Of a DNA stretch of 54,960 nt, positions 27,846-38,112 are shown one piece after another; the stretch's first letter is position 1, and each line of letters opens with the position of its first letter. The stretch lies in IMG/VR virus record IMGVR_UViG_3300046028_005371, positions 1 through 54,960 of that record; one strand, given 5' to 3'. The notes below the pieces were generated by a model. The model was not told where the DNA came from, did not search any database, and saw only the letters and a program-made list of their open reading frames with translations. The stretch is from a virus (taxonomy: Duplodnaviria > Caudoviricetes). The translations under genes were made by a program, and so were the position numbers.

Positions 27846-29132
27846 ATGTTCTGTAAAACAGTGTGGAACGGGTTACACATTTTGCCGGATGGTTATATTA
27901 GGCTTTGTTCGATTGGGAATAATTTTGACAGTACATTAGATATGCAACGAGCAAGAGACAAAGATGGCAAAGTAATGCACATACTAACTCACGATATCAA
28001 GGATATTATGAACTCTGATAAACATAAACAGGTTAGAGCGACTAATATTAAAGATCCTAGTGCATGGAGCCCTCATTGCGATTGTTGTGAAAATAGAGAA
28101 ATAGTTACAGGTTTTGACAGGAAACATCCTAACAAAAGTCGTCGTGTGTATTTGATGCAGGTAGACAGTGAAGTTAATGAAGATAATTTTAAAAATTCTG
28201 CAGAAATCGATGGGACAGTTGACTGGATGCCAAATAGTTTAGATATTAGATTTGGAAACTTATGTAATCAAAAATGTATAATGTGTAATCCTACTTTTAG
28301 TAACTTATGGTATGATGAGCATTACGGTTATTTTAAAAATAATAATTTTGGTCAAGGATCAAAAATTACTGTTATAAAAGATGAAAAAACAGGTAAGTGG
28401 ATTGAGCCCCCTGAATTAAGTTGGTTTGAAGATCCTAGATGGTGGCCGAAGTTTGACACTATGATGCCCTATCTAAAACATATCTATGTTACAGGAGGAG
28501 AACCCATGGTAGCTCCTGCACACGATATAATGTTAGATAAATTAATAGAATCGGGATATGCAAAGGATATTTGGTTAGAATATGATAGTAACTGTAGCGC
28601 CATTAATAATAAAATTGTCGAAAGGTGGTCGCATTTTAAAAGAGTAGATATTCGAGCAAGTGCAGATGCTATTAAAGATCAATATGAAGTTATTCGATAT
28701 GGCGGTAAATGGGACAAGTTTGTAACCAATATTAGAAAATTAAAACAACACCAAAAAGAATCTAATAATAAAATTAGATTAATGAGCGTGTCAACTTGTT
28801 TTCAGATTGCTACATCTATGAGTATTATTGAAACCGAAGAGTGGTGTAAGGAAGAAGGAATTGATTTCCATATGAGATTCTTAACAGGACCAGATTTTCA
28901 TGCAGTATCAAGTCTGTCCGATACTGCAAAGATAAAATTAAGAGATTATTATCTTCAGTATGTTAATACATCTTTAAAGGCTCCTATGATTGTAAAATAT
29001 TTAAATAATCAATTAGGAAAACACAAACCCTCTGCAGTTGAAGAATTTAAGAAATTTATGGATTTTTTAGACACTACTCGGAATACCAATTGGAAAAAAA
29101 TATTTCCAAAAATCGTAGGCTTATTAGATTAA
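27846..29132 (+). CDS. Radical SAM protein with N-terminal twitch/SPASM-like Cys cluster
   Basis: CKTVW...DGYIRLC; CNQKCIMC; TGGEP. Confidence 0.88.
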   Translation: MFCKTVWNGLHILPDGYIRLCSIGNNFDSTLDMQRARDKDGKVMHILTHDIKDIMNSDKHKQVRATNIKDPSAWSPHCDCCENREIVTGFDRKHPNKSRRVYLMQVDSEVNEDNFKNSAEIDGTVDWMPNSLDIRFGNLCNQKCIMCNPTFSNLWYDEHYGYFKNNNFGQGSKITVIKDEKTGKWIEPPELSWFEDPRWWPKFDTMMPYLKHIYVTGGEPMVAPAHDIMLDKLIESGYAKDIWLEYDSNCSAINNKIVERWSHFKRVDIRASADAIKDQYEVIRYGGKWDKFVTNIRKLKQHQKESNNKIRLMSVSTCFQIATSMSIIETEEWCKEEGIDFHMRFLTGPDFHAVSSLSDTAKIKLRDYYLQYVNTSLKAPMIVKYLNNQLGKHKPSAVEEFKKFMDFLDTTRNTNWKKIFPKIVGLLD

Positions 29133-29133
29133 G

Positions 29134-29745
29134 ATGGCAAATTATTACAAATTAGGAAAACTCTCTAACAATTTAGTCGACGTTTTTAAATTAGAGATAG
29201 AAAAATTAAAAAGCCACGAAAACTATCAGTGGATTAAATTTAATGATAAAATGCAAGAATTATTTTTAGAGATATTTTCTAGCAAAGAATTAACCATTCA
29301 AAAAAAAGATAACGGGGAATATGTTCAAAAAGTATTTTATTCAGCCCCGGGTCACGGTTTTAGGATTCACAAAGACGGCATCAGATGTAAAAGTGCATTA
29401 AATATTGCTATATCTTCAAATGAATCTGATTGGGTAAGATGGTATAATGAAGATTTTATTAGAAAATTATCTAAGTGTACTACTGTAGACAATGAGTGGA
29501 ATAATTATGGATTATCTAGAAATACAGAAATATACCAATACGATGCAATTCCATTTGAAGATGAGTTAAGGGTAGAAGTTGGAGATATTTACATTTTAAA
29601 TGTTGATAAGTTTCACAGTTTTAAGTGTAACGGCCCTAACCCAAGAATAATTATGCAGACTAAATTTGAGAATTTTCCGTCATTGGACGAACTTTATAAA
29701 AAAATATCTATTAACAATTTTAAAATTCAACCAAATGAAAATTGA
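29134..29745 (+). CDS. 2OG-Fe(II)/cupin oxygenase-like protein
   Basis: IHKDG...ALNI...LNVDKFHS...R. Confidence 0.65.
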   Translation: MANYYKLGKLSNNLVDVFKLEIEKLKSHENYQWIKFNDKMQELFLEIFSSKELTIQKKDNGEYVQKVFYSAPGHGFRIHKDGIRCKSALNIAISSNESDWVRWYNEDFIRKLSKCTTVDNEWNNYGLSRNTEIYQYDAIPFEDELRVEVGDIYILNVDKFHSFKCNGPNPRIIMQTKFENFPSLDELYKKISINNFKIQPNEN

Positions 29746-30178
29746 TACAATTTTACTAAACAATAAAAATGTTGAGGTATTTAATAGTAATATGATTGCA
29801 CAGTCTCCTCCATTTAAAATAGCAATGAAGTGTTTTGTTGAACTCCTTGAAAATGATATGGCAACTTCTGTAATACCTTTTCGAAATGTGTCATCTGTAA
29901 TTTGGCTTGAGGATACTGAGAAAAGAATTTTAGGTGGTATTGTTTATGAGATTATTAGCGATAGGCAAGAAGGTTGGATTGATTTGAGCTTTACCGATCC
30001 AAACTTTAGAAACATGGGAGTCAACACAGCATGTCACGAAATTCTTTATAAAATACTAAAGAATAAAGGTATTATTTCTGTAGGCAGTACAGTGTCTGTT
30101 AAAAATACAAGTCGTCTTGCCTCGGCAAAGAAAGTTGGGCTTGAACCTTTATATTACAGAATGTTTAAAAAATTATGA
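29735..30178 (+). CDS. GNAT family N-acetyltransferase
   Basis: FTDPNFRNMGV acetyl-CoA motif; N..R....KVG. Confidence 0.8.
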   Translation: MKIDTILLNNKNVEVFNSNMIAQSPPFKIAMKCFVELLENDMATSVIPFRNVSSVIWLEDTEKRILGGIVYEIISDRQEGWIDLSFTDPNFRNMGVNTACHEILYKILKNKGIISVGSTVSVKNTSRLASAKKVGLEPLYYRMFKKL

Positions 30179-30810
30179 ATGACAAGTACATCGTAGTTGA
30201 TATGGAGACTGAGGGTGTACTTTGTGAATCAATAACTCCTAGCATAGCACAAGCAGTATCGCTGGGGTTTATTAATTCTACTATTAAAGTGCTGCCTTTG
30301 AGTTTTTCAAAATTTAAAGAAATGTATGAGAATTATAACTTTAATCAACTAGACATATTTTACACACATCAAAATATGCAAGTTAAAGAAATGAATCCTA
30401 ACATCGTTACAGATAAGTGGATATCTTCTAAAAAATTAGCACACCTAAGAAATAATTTCCATACAGCCTGGGAAGCAAGATGTAAGCAATTTTTGCAAAA
30501 CAGAAATCATGATTTTCATACTCTCGGAGTTCTTGATGGATATTTGTGGAATCAAATAGAAAAATGCGATCCATTAAATGATTATTATACTCAAGCAATT
30601 CACGAATGGGCTTCAATTAGCGATGTTCCACCAGACACTGCATATCAAGAATTAAAAATAAGAGCAGAATCTATAGCATTACAGTACATTAGAAATCATG
30701 CGGTGTACCAGCGATATGTACATTTAATCAATAAAGAGAGAACTGAAAAGGAAATGAGGAAAGTATTTCGTAACGGAATGGAACACCTATACGGAAGGGT
30801 GCAAATATGA
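30175..30810 (+). CDS. Hypothetical protein
   Basis: ATGA overlaps on both sides. Confidence 0.7.
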   Translation: MNDKYIVVDMETEGVLCESITPSIAQAVSLGFINSTIKVLPLSFSKFKEMYENYNFNQLDIFYTHQNMQVKEMNPNIVTDKWISSKKLAHLRNNFHTAWEARCKQFLQNRNHDFHTLGVLDGYLWNQIEKCDPLNDYYTQAIHEWASISDVPPDTAYQELKIRAESIALQYIRNHAVYQRYVHLINKERTEKEMRKVFRNGMEHLYGRVQI

Positions 30811-31913
30811 ATTCTTTATACTTAGCACGATGTACATCGTTAACTCAGTATCAATCTGCGTCAGTGCAACGCTGGGGGAATATGTATAAACTAATAGGTC
30901 TAAATATCAGTGTAGTAGATAGGACTGAGTATGTAAACATGCCGTTTAATTTTAAACTGTTTGACGGATTTAAAATACCAAATATTAAACCTAATTTTAA
31001 TATGTCCTACGAAGACTGTTGTAATCAGAGGGCAGTTGAAATTATAAACTTATCTCGTAGATTAAATAAACCTATTCGTGTTTTGTATTCTGGAGGGATT
31101 GATAGCACTCTTACACTAATATCTTTAATTAAAAATTTAAGTGTACAAGAAAGAAGAGATAGAGTTGTCGTAGCATTGAATACTGATAGTATTGTTGAAA
31201 ATCCTAACTTCTATTACGAACACATACGAAATAATTTTAAAATAGAATCAAGTGATAATATTGGCGCATTCTTAACAGGCGATTGCATAGTACTAGGTGG
31301 AGAATTTAACGATCAACTTTCAGGAAGTGATGTTGTTGGAAAAATTTATAGGCAATATGATTATTCAAAAATAACTTATCCATATTCTCGTGAATATATA
31401 GTTGGTTGGTTTACATTACAGGGGATGTCCGAAGATGGTGCTAACACTTGGTTTAATCTTATTGATTACCAAATAAAAAATATTGCACCCTGCGAAGTTA
31501 AAACAAATTTTGATTTTTTCTGGTGGGTCAACTTTTGCTTTAAATGGCAAACAGTTTTTTTTAGAATGTTAGCAAGAGTTGATGAAAATTATAGGAAACA
31601 CATTACTTTTGATTTTCTTAAAGAACATTTTATTATGTTTTACGGAACGCCCGAATTTCAAATGTGGAGTATGACCAACCCTGATAAAAAATTATTTTCA
31701 ACTTGGAATACATACAAGTGGGAAGCAAAACGAGTAATTTATGAATTTAACAAAGATCAAGATTACCGAGACAACAAAGTAAAAATGGGAAGCCTGTATA
31801 AATTGTTTATACAAAAGAAATCTGCAGAAGCAATAGATTCGAATTTAAATTTTATACACGAGGATGATTTAAATCCTGCTAACTTTTATAATCCAAATAA
31901 CAGCTTCGTTTAA
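30807..31913 (+). CDS. PP-loop ATPase, asparagine-synthase-like
   Basis: VLYSGGIDST; GGEFNDQL (compare AsnB GEGADE). Confidence 0.72.
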   Translation: MNSLYLARCTSLTQYQSASVQRWGNMYKLIGLNISVVDRTEYVNMPFNFKLFDGFKIPNIKPNFNMSYEDCCNQRAVEIINLSRRLNKPIRVLYSGGIDSTLTLISLIKNLSVQERRDRVVVALNTDSIVENPNFYYEHIRNNFKIESSDNIGAFLTGDCIVLGGEFNDQLSGSDVVGKIYRQYDYSKITYPYSREYIVGWFTLQGMSEDGANTWFNLIDYQIKNIAPCEVKTNFDFFWWVNFCFKWQTVFFRMLARVDENYRKHITFDFLKEHFIMFYGTPEFQMWSMTNPDKKLFSTWNTYKWEAKRVIYEFNKDQDYRDNKVKMGSLYKLFIQKKSAEAIDSNLNFIHEDDLNPANFYNPNNSFV

Positions 31914-31917
31914 TAAA

Positions 31918-32841
31918 TTAAATAACTGAATTTGGAATTCTAGTATTACAATAGAATTTGCTAAAACAGATTCTATTGTTGTTATCTGATCCTCGATTAT
32001 ATCGTTGATATTTTTTTGATTCATCTAGCCCAAATATGACAGTGTTGCTAGGAATAAGATTGAATTTGTTACAAAATTCTAATTGGGTGTTTCTATAATC
32101 GTTATATGTGCTATCAGCAGTTTTAATTTCTAAAACTTTCAATCCGACATAGGCGCTTAACCTATTTTGGTATTGAGAATTAGTGTATGCTCCAATACCG
32201 TCCAAGTCTGTGTACTTTGAAAATCGCATTCCTATTCTTAATAAATTTACAGGAAATGTTTTGCTTAGACTAAAACAAACTTCTTTAATAGCAGGATGAG
32301 TAAAGTCAAATTTAATATTACTACATATACCAAAATATGCACAGTCTAGAAGAACAGGTATGTTTTTACTATGACATGTATCTAAAAAATTCGAATTAAA
32401 CAGATGATGTACATTTCCTGTATCTGCAAACGGTAGGCTTACTATTACAGCATCGTTTTCTAAAAGATCTTCTGAATTTTCGATAGTTGCATAATTGGAA
32501 TTTTCTAATGATATTTTATGATAAAGGTATTCTCCTTTAAAAAATCTAAATCGTTTTCCTTGATGTCGTATATAAAATTTATCAAATGCTTCAGATGTTC
32601 CTTGAGTAAAATCTAATCTACTAAACTCCTCTAACCCTGTTACGACATTCGACGTTGTACTGTATATCCATTGTTTATATTTTGATAAAAAATTAGGTAT
32701 TATTGTTTGATCACTTAACGCATCATGATTAACGGCATCGATAATAATATTGTTGATTATCTTAGATAATTTAAGATCTTCTACACAACATGCAGGGGCC
32801 ATTTCTAACCCTAGGAGATTTTCTTGTAACGGTAATGTCAT
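31918..32841 (-). CDS. PLP-dependent aminotransferase-like enzyme (fold type I)
   Basis: GTSEAF, LDCAY, FSLSKTF and RIG motifs. Confidence 0.8.
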   Translation of the reverse strand: MTLPLQENLLGLEMAPACCVEDLKLSKIINNIIIDAVNHDALSDQTIIPNFLSKYKQWIYSTTSNVVTGLEEFSRLDFTQGTSEAFDKFYIRHQGKRFRFFKGEYLYHKISLENSNYATIENSEDLLENDAVIVSLPFADTGNVHHLFNSNFLDTCHSKNIPVLLDCAYFGICSNIKFDFTHPAIKEVCFSLSKTFPVNLLRIGMRFSKYTDLDGIGAYTNSQYQNRLSAYVGLKVLEIKTADSTYNDYRNTQLEFCNKFNLIPSNTVIFGLDESKKYQRYNRGSDNNNRICFSKFYCNTRIPNSVI

Positions 32842-32846
32842 AATTA

Positions 32847-32969
32847 TTAAAAAATATAGATAAACGATATTGCAATTAGCATATCTCGAATTTCGGAATC
32901 GGACATAGTATCTACATCGATTCCTCTTGAAAAAATATTTCCTATATAAGTAAAACAGCTTTTGATCAT
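32847..32969 (-). pseudogene. 40-codon ORF, possible truncated gene remnant
   Basis: ATGA-coupled to the upstream gene; MIKSCFTYIGNIFSRGIDVDTMSDSEIRDMLIAISFIYIF. Confidence 0.3.
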
Positions 32970-33598
32970 AATTTTACCAAGCACACTTTAACTCTTTGAA
33001 AAAATTGTAAAAAATCTTGTGTTTTTAAATTGTTAAGTACTTTGAGATTCTCATCAGTTACTGTATGATTAAAGTTTTCTTGAATCCACCTAGTATTAAA
33101 ATACTCCCACCTTTGGTCGTATTTTTGGGCAAAGTCTGAATAGATTTCATTAAGCTTCATTATTTCGCCCATCATGCCTGCATTTCCGCCGTAGCTCTCA
33201 TAACTTGGATATTTAACAGAGTATCCACCGTGATTATTCCACCAGGCAAAACAATCAATACTGTCTCTTTGAACCATGATTAACCAATCTCCTGCAAATA
33301 GATCTTTTAATCCGTCGAGCATATATGCCCAATCATGGCCTTTTACAAATCTTCCAGGAGCAGTACTTTCAAATGCACTGTCAATATATGCCGCATCTAA
33401 TTTGCAATCAAATTCATACTTTCGATGCGGTAGTCCAAAATATGCACCGTGATGCCCTTGAAAAACATTATGATCGTAACACCTATTTACATTTCTATCG
33501 CTGGTGTTTACTCCTGGTATAGATTCTAAAAGATGGGTTACACTAGTCCATTTACATCCCGGTGCCCCAGTTACAAAAATTCTATTAGGAAGATTCAT
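32966..33598 (-). CDS. P-loop sulfotransferase-like protein
   Basis: IFVTGAPGCKW; NTSDR, GHHGAYFG, HDWAY and GG(Y/F)S.KYPSY shared with 11333-11908. Confidence 0.55.
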   Translation of the reverse strand: MNLPNRIFVTGAPGCKWTSVTHLLESIPGVNTSDRNVNRCYDHNVFQGHHGAYFGLPHRKYEFDCKLDAAYIDSAFESTAPGRFVKGHDWAYMLDGLKDLFAGDWLIMVQRDSIDCFAWWNNHGGYSVKYPSYESYGGNAGMMGEIMKLNEIYSDFAQKYDQRWEYFNTRWIQENFNHTVTDENLKVLNNLKTQDFLQFFQRVKVCLVKL

Positions 33599-34491
33599 TT
33601 ATTTTCAATATTTACATGACATATTCTAATGCCAGTACTAATCTTATTAAGATTGAACACTGTTTGGTTTTCTAATCGCATTAGTAAATTTTCTAATTTA
33701 CCATGGTCGGTATCCCAATTAGTAGTTTTTCCTTTAAAAATTAAATTTTCGCCCCATAAGTTTTTTATACTATCTCTGTTAGAGATAAGTGGGAGATCAA
33801 ATGTAGTTAGGGGATCATGCCAGCTGGACAATATTAATTCTTTAGTAGATGCAAAGAAGTAATAATCACCATTCCTGTTATGCTGTCTAGCCCATAGCCA
33901 ATATGATATCTCAGTATTTGACATACTCAAAAATTTTGTATTTTGTTCTGTTATAATATCAGAGTTTTGATAATCACCATCACTTTTATTAATATCACCT
34001 TCGCCACAAATAATATAATAATCATTTGGAATTGCTAAAAACAGCATAGGTAAAATTAGATATGTTGGTTTATTAACTCTTACTTTATCATACTGCTCTT
34101 TAGCAAAACTAAATGCATCCTCTCGAGTAACAGTCACTACATTTAATTTTACATCTAATTCTGTAGACAATTGTTGGCACAATGTCAACATATAGTCGTT
34201 TATTCCCCAGTTGCTTAAAAAGAACAGCTCAAAATTTAATCCAATATCCTTTGCTTCTCTAGCAATAATTTCACTATCAACTCCTGATATGCAAACAGCA
34301 AGTTTTTTATCGCTTAACTGCATTAGTCGATTTCGTATAGCTTGTTTAAAAGTAACTGAGGGATTGTATTCCTCATACAGATTTTCGTAATCAAATAAGA
34401 ATTCTACTTTGTTATTATATGGCACATCGGTGTAATCTCCAAATTCAACTGAATTGATTAACCATTTGATGTGTTGAGGAATTGATAGCAT
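33595..34491 (-). CDS. PP-loop ATPase-like protein
   Basis: AVCISGVDSEI; ICGEGD. Confidence 0.6.
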   Translation of the reverse strand: MLSIPQHIKWLINSVEFGDYTDVPYNNKVEFLFDYENLYEEYNPSVTFKQAIRNRLMQLSDKKLAVCISGVDSEIIAREAKDIGLNFELFFLSNWGINDYMLTLCQQLSTELDVKLNVVTVTREDAFSFAKEQYDKVRVNKPTYLILPMLFLAIPNDYYIICGEGDINKSDGDYQNSDIITEQNTKFLSMSNTEISYWLWARQHNRNGDYYFFASTKELILSSWHDPLTTFDLPLISNRDSIKNLWGENLIFKGKTTNWDTDHGKLENLLMRLENQTVFNLNKISTGIRICHVNIENK

Positions 34492-34568
34492 AGTTATGTC
34501 CTTTTAGAAAAAGCTATAAGTATTTATAGAATATTATTAGTTGATTAATAGATTTTAATCGTGCTTGA

Positions 34569-35015
34569 TTAAATTTTTTCTATGTTAACTCCTGATTTTT
34601 CTAAAAACTTAATCCCAGAGTCATCTCTATAATTTTTATTATAGTATACACTACTAATGCCAGACTGATAGATAAGTTTAGCACACTCAATACAAGGACT
34701 ATGAGTAACGAATAAGGTTGCCCCCAATCCACTGTTAGTTGATTTTGCAAGTTTTGCAATAGCGTTTGATTCAGCATGGAGTACCTCTGGTTTAGTTTTT
34801 AATCTAATTTCAACAACATTTTCATTAACGTCTAGCACATGTCCAATCTCATCTTCGCAGTTGTTGTCCCAACCTGCAGGCATGCCGTTATAGCCGTAAC
34901 TGATAACTGAATCATCTTTGACAATAACAGCGCCTACCTGCAATCTACGTGCATGGCTTAATTGAGCTGTGCGATCTGCCCAATCCATGTATAGTTTTAT
35001 AAATTTATCCTTCAT
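34569..35015 (-). CDS. dCMP deaminase
   Basis: VGAVI, GYNG, HAESNA and SPCIEC motifs; true start at MKDKF. Confidence 0.92.
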   Translation of the reverse strand: MKDKFIKLYMDWADRTAQLSHARRLQVGAVIVKDDSVISYGYNGMPAGWDNNCEDEIGHVLDVNENVVEIRLKTKPEVLHAESNAIAKLAKSTNSGLGATLFVTHSPCIECAKLIYQSGISSVYYNKNYRDDSGIKFLEKSGVNIEKI

Positions 35016-35024
35016 TATTATCCT

Positions 35025-35099
35025 TGGCCGGCCCTGCAGGAATCGAACCCACACCGCTTGGTTCGAAGCCAAGCATTCTATCCATTGAACTAAGGGCCG
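35025..35099 (-). tRNA. tRNA-Arg(UCG)
   Basis: Cloverleaf; loop CUUCGAA; CCA encoded. Confidence 0.92.
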
Positions 35100-35101
35100 T
35101 A

Positions 35102-35563
35102 TTATACATGCCAAATTTCCGTAAAGCCTTCTTCAAGGACAGGCTCTTCCCAACTGGCAATCATGCTGGCAATAACATGATCTGGGATTTCCTTGCCCGG
35201 CCGGCTCATTAATCGACGCATAAGTTCTTTATGCTCTGGTGTTTTGAATACCACAGCAATATGTTCATAGTCTGGAAGCATACGGAACTTCTTAGCACGT
35301 CTAGAAACAGTAGTGTTGGTCTGATCCCAAACTATATCTCGATTCATTTCACGTGCCACAACAACTTCTTCAGCCATTAAGCCAATGGCTGTGGGCATGA
35401 AATCTGTAAACACTTTGGAATAAGTAAGACCTACTTCTTTAGCATAAAGTTCAACCCATTTGTCTGTGCTAACTTTAACACAAGAAAAAGCCCAGGCCTG
35501 CTTATCTACCCAAGTAGATTTGCCGGACCCAGGCACTCCAATCAATTGATAACATTTTGGCAT
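35102..35563 (-). CDS. Polynucleotide kinase-like P-loop protein
   Basis: GVPGSGKST, STD, DQTN and R..R motifs. Confidence 0.85.
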   Translation of the reverse strand: MPKCYQLIGVPGSGKSTWVDKQAWAFSCVKVSTDKWVELYAKEVGLTYSKVFTDFMPTAIGLMAEEVVVAREMNRDIVWDQTNTTVSRRAKKFRMLPDYEHIAVVFKTPEHKELMRRLMSRPGKEIPDHVIASMIASWEEPVLEEGFTEIWHV

Positions 35564-35679
35564 TATAATACCTCTACTATATAATATCCTGAATTAGGAT
35601 AATTTTCTAATAACCATTCCAACATGCCTGGTTCAACAGGCAGTTGGATGGAATTGTACTTGTTAGTAATATAAGTCAT
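35563..35679 (-). CDS. Small hypothetical protein
   Basis: 38 aa, MTYITNKYNSIQLP...; coupled to neighbours. Confidence 0.5.
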   Translation of the reverse strand: MTYITNKYNSIQLPVEPGMLEWLLENYPNSGYYIVEVL

Positions 35680-35680
35680 A

Positions 35681-36286
35681 TTACATTGTTGGCCCGTTGC
35701 CACTCTTAAATCCAACGCTTCCACCTTCTTCTTCGATGCGTTTGATAACATCTTCAAACAAGATAGGCGCAAAATCCGGAGTTTGCTCCACGCAAACACA
35801 ATGGTAACGTGGATCAATTTTGTCACTGTACAAAACTTCTCCAGTTTTAGCATCAACGCCACGAGCCTTCTTCACGCGATTTGCGTGTAAGTGTCCGTGA
35901 ATGTTGACACCGAAACGACCCATTGAATCCGAATGTAACGGAATATGGCTAAGAATCATACCGTTCATAACGTGATAAGCTCTAAGTTCTCTAAAGTACA
36001 AGCGATAATCGTCGTCTTTAAAGATATCGTGGTTACCACGAATTAAAACTTTGTCGCCGTTAAGTCTGGATAAGATTTTTAACGATTTACGATTGATAAC
36101 AACGTCACCCAAATGATAGACTTTGTCAGTAGGCTTGACTCTTTCGTTCCACGCCTTGACCATCGCCTCATCCATTTCATCTGCGTCATCCCACGGTCTT
36201 AACTTGGTAACACCGTCATTACGTGTGAAGCGACATACACCAGTGTGACCAAAGTGCGTGTCGCTGACTAAAAATACACTAGGCAT
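35681..36286 (-). CDS. Calcineurin-like metallophosphoesterase
   Basis: SDTHFGH, LGD, GNHD and HGHLH motifs. Confidence 0.92.
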   Translation of the reverse strand: MPSVFLVSDTHFGHTGVCRFTRNDGVTKLRPWDDADEMDEAMVKAWNERVKPTDKVYHLGDVVINRKSLKILSRLNGDKVLIRGNHDIFKDDDYRLYFRELRAYHVMNGMILSHIPLHSDSMGRFGVNIHGHLHANRVKKARGVDAKTGEVLYSDKIDPRYHCVCVEQTPDFAPILFEDVIKRIEEEGGSVGFKSGNGPTM

Positions 36287-36301
36287 ACATTTCTCCTTTT
36301 A

Positions 36302-36865
36302 TTAAATATCACCTTCTAATTTTCTACGCTCTCGACGTTCAGCCGCTAACGTAAAAACTTTTTCATTGTCATTGGTCCAATCTATTGCTTTCTTGGGAAT
36401 GATCAAACCAGATTCGAGCGTCACACCGTTAATGGTATGAGTCTCGTTCTCGTCATAGGTCCACCCCAAGTGCTTCATCATACGATGTTTGACGCACAGA
36501 TTAGGACTGCGGAACACTTCGGTATCCTCAAAGCCCATCATGACTCCGACTTCACAGACTGCGCCACTACGGCACACACCTGCTACACAATGAACAACTA
36601 CGTTCATACGGTTATCCAGTGCATGTTGTAGCAACTGAGATAGTTTAGCGGCTTGCTCGTGACTGCAACGCATTTCTTCTTCCAGGCACTCGTCGCGTTC
36701 TTCGATGTCCAAAAATTGAAATTGATGAACTTCTTTAAACTTGTACAACGGAGTAGGAAAATCTCCAGGCGGATCCACAATTTGAATTAGCATGGCGTTC
36801 TCGCCCGGGTTAATGTGATGTCCTTTTTTGATGTCGCTTAGTGCAACGTTTTGAATCCATGGCAT
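36302..36865 (-). CDS. Cys-dependent (PTP/DSP-like) phosphatase
   Basis: VHCVAGVCRS (CX5R). Confidence 0.85.
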   Translation of the reverse strand: MPWIQNVALSDIKKGHHINPGENAMLIQIVDPPGDFPTPLYKFKEVHQFQFLDIEERDECLEEEMRCSHEQAAKLSQLLQHALDNRMNVVVHCVAGVCRSGAVCEVGVMMGFEDTEVFRSPNLCVKHRMMKHLGWTYDENETHTINGVTLESGLIIPKKAIDWTNDNEKVFTLAAERRERRKLEGDI

Positions 36866-36866
36866 T

Positions 36867-37895
36867 TTAATCACCACCCTTTAATAAAAATTTATTTGAA
36901 ATTGCCTTGAACGAACATTGCATGGCCTTGCTTTTAAACACAAGACCTTCACGTTCACAGCCAATCATTCCCATAACTGATTTGCCTTCTGCAAATTTCA
37001 GAATATTGTCAATGCTGTTGATGCCTAAAGTATCCCACAATTCGGCACCAAATGCTAGCACAGGCACATGTTTGATATCGTGTTCTTCAACAAATGCATT
37101 ACGTTCAGTAGGAGTTAGATATTTGCCAGTATCAATATCGTAGATATCAAACAAGAAAAATTCCTGTCCTTTTTGCTTGTATGGATTACCTTGGATACCT
37201 TCTCCAATCAACTCACCCTGTAGTGCAAGATTACGATTGGCACGACGAAGCTTCAACTCCAAATCATTGCGTACTGCAACCTTCCATAGGCTGTTGGTTT
37301 CGCTGGGCTTGAGTTCAAGATTACGGCTACACACACCAAACTCGCCGTCACGTAGGTACACAGTCATTGAGCTGCCATCCAGCTTTTCAGTGACTTCCCA
37401 TACATGTTGTTCTCTAAGCCAGTAGTCAAATTCTTCTTTCAAGTTTTGAACACGTTCTTGGTCAGTCTTTTGGATCCAACCTGGGAACATGCCTTTGACT
37501 TCTCCTGCCAACTGTGCAGGGACGGGAGCTTCGTATTTCACAATGCCTAGTGGAAATGATACATCGAGTCCTTCAAACAACTCTGATTCTACCATAGTCA
37601 ATGTAGACAACGGCAACAACAGTCCCTGGCTCAATTGCCCACGTAGTTTCATTGTACGCAGTCGTTCACCAGCAATGCCGTCAAACACTCGAGGCTCCTT
37701 GCCCTTGCTCAAGAATGGGGCCAGTGCGTGAGGAATCCAAGAATCGATTTCGCAATACACAGCAAGATCGCCTTGTTTGAATTCGCCCTTTTTAACTACA
37801 GCAGTCCATCCACCGATGACTGCACATTCGATAGCATCGGCATCCGGGATAGGACGCAGAGCATCAATCTTCCTAATGGTTGCTAATTTACGCAT
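36867..37895 (-). CDS. RNA ligase, DRB0094 family
   Basis: N-terminal OB domain (RKLATI, ADAIE, LRGQLSQG); TEKLDGSS, QGEL, FDI, EGLV and FKAIS motifs. Confidence 0.92.
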   Translation of the reverse strand: MRKLATIRKIDALRPIPDADAIECAVIGGWTAVVKKGEFKQGDLAVYCEIDSWIPHALAPFLSKGKEPRVFDGIAGERLRTMKLRGQLSQGLLLPLSTLTMVESELFEGLDVSFPLGIVKYEAPVPAQLAGEVKGMFPGWIQKTDQERVQNLKEEFDYWLREQHVWEVTEKLDGSSMTVYLRDGEFGVCSRNLELKPSETNSLWKVAVRNDLELKLRRANRNLALQGELIGEGIQGNPYKQKGQEFFLFDIYDIDTGKYLTPTERNAFVEEHDIKHVPVLAFGAELWDTLGINSIDNILKFAEGKSVMGMIGCEREGLVFKSKAMQCSFKAISNKFLLKGGD

Positions 37896-37905
37896 TTTTT
37901 ATTCC

Positions 37906-38112
37906 TTAACATTCTAAATCAATGTGACGACCTTTGTCCAAATCTAATCGAAGATTTCTACTTACTCGTTCTGCGATAATTTGATCAACTCTACGCTCTT
38001 CAATTTTTTTACTGTATTCCTCAGTTCGTTGCTTGTCCATACGAGCCTGATCTACTCTATACTGTTCTAGGTTATATTTTATAACACTTTGTTCTGCTCT
38101 TGAGATTTCCAT
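37906..38112 (-). CDS. Hypothetical protein
   Basis: DLDKGRHID C-terminus. Confidence 0.6.
   Translation of the reverse strand: MEISRAEQSVIKYNLEQYRVDQARMDKQRTEEYSKKIEERRVDQIIAERVSRNLRLDLDKGRHIDLEC

Noticed and set aside
24289-34491. Calling the PP-loop proteins QueC or lasso-peptide cyclases
   Set aside because: Only the SGGxDS-type loop is shared; no QueC Zn-binding Cys motif, lasso protease or precursor is visible.
35016-35114. N-terminal extension of the dCMP deaminase ORF
   Set aside because: It runs through tRNA-Arg(UCG); the real start is MKDKF at 35015 with an RBS.
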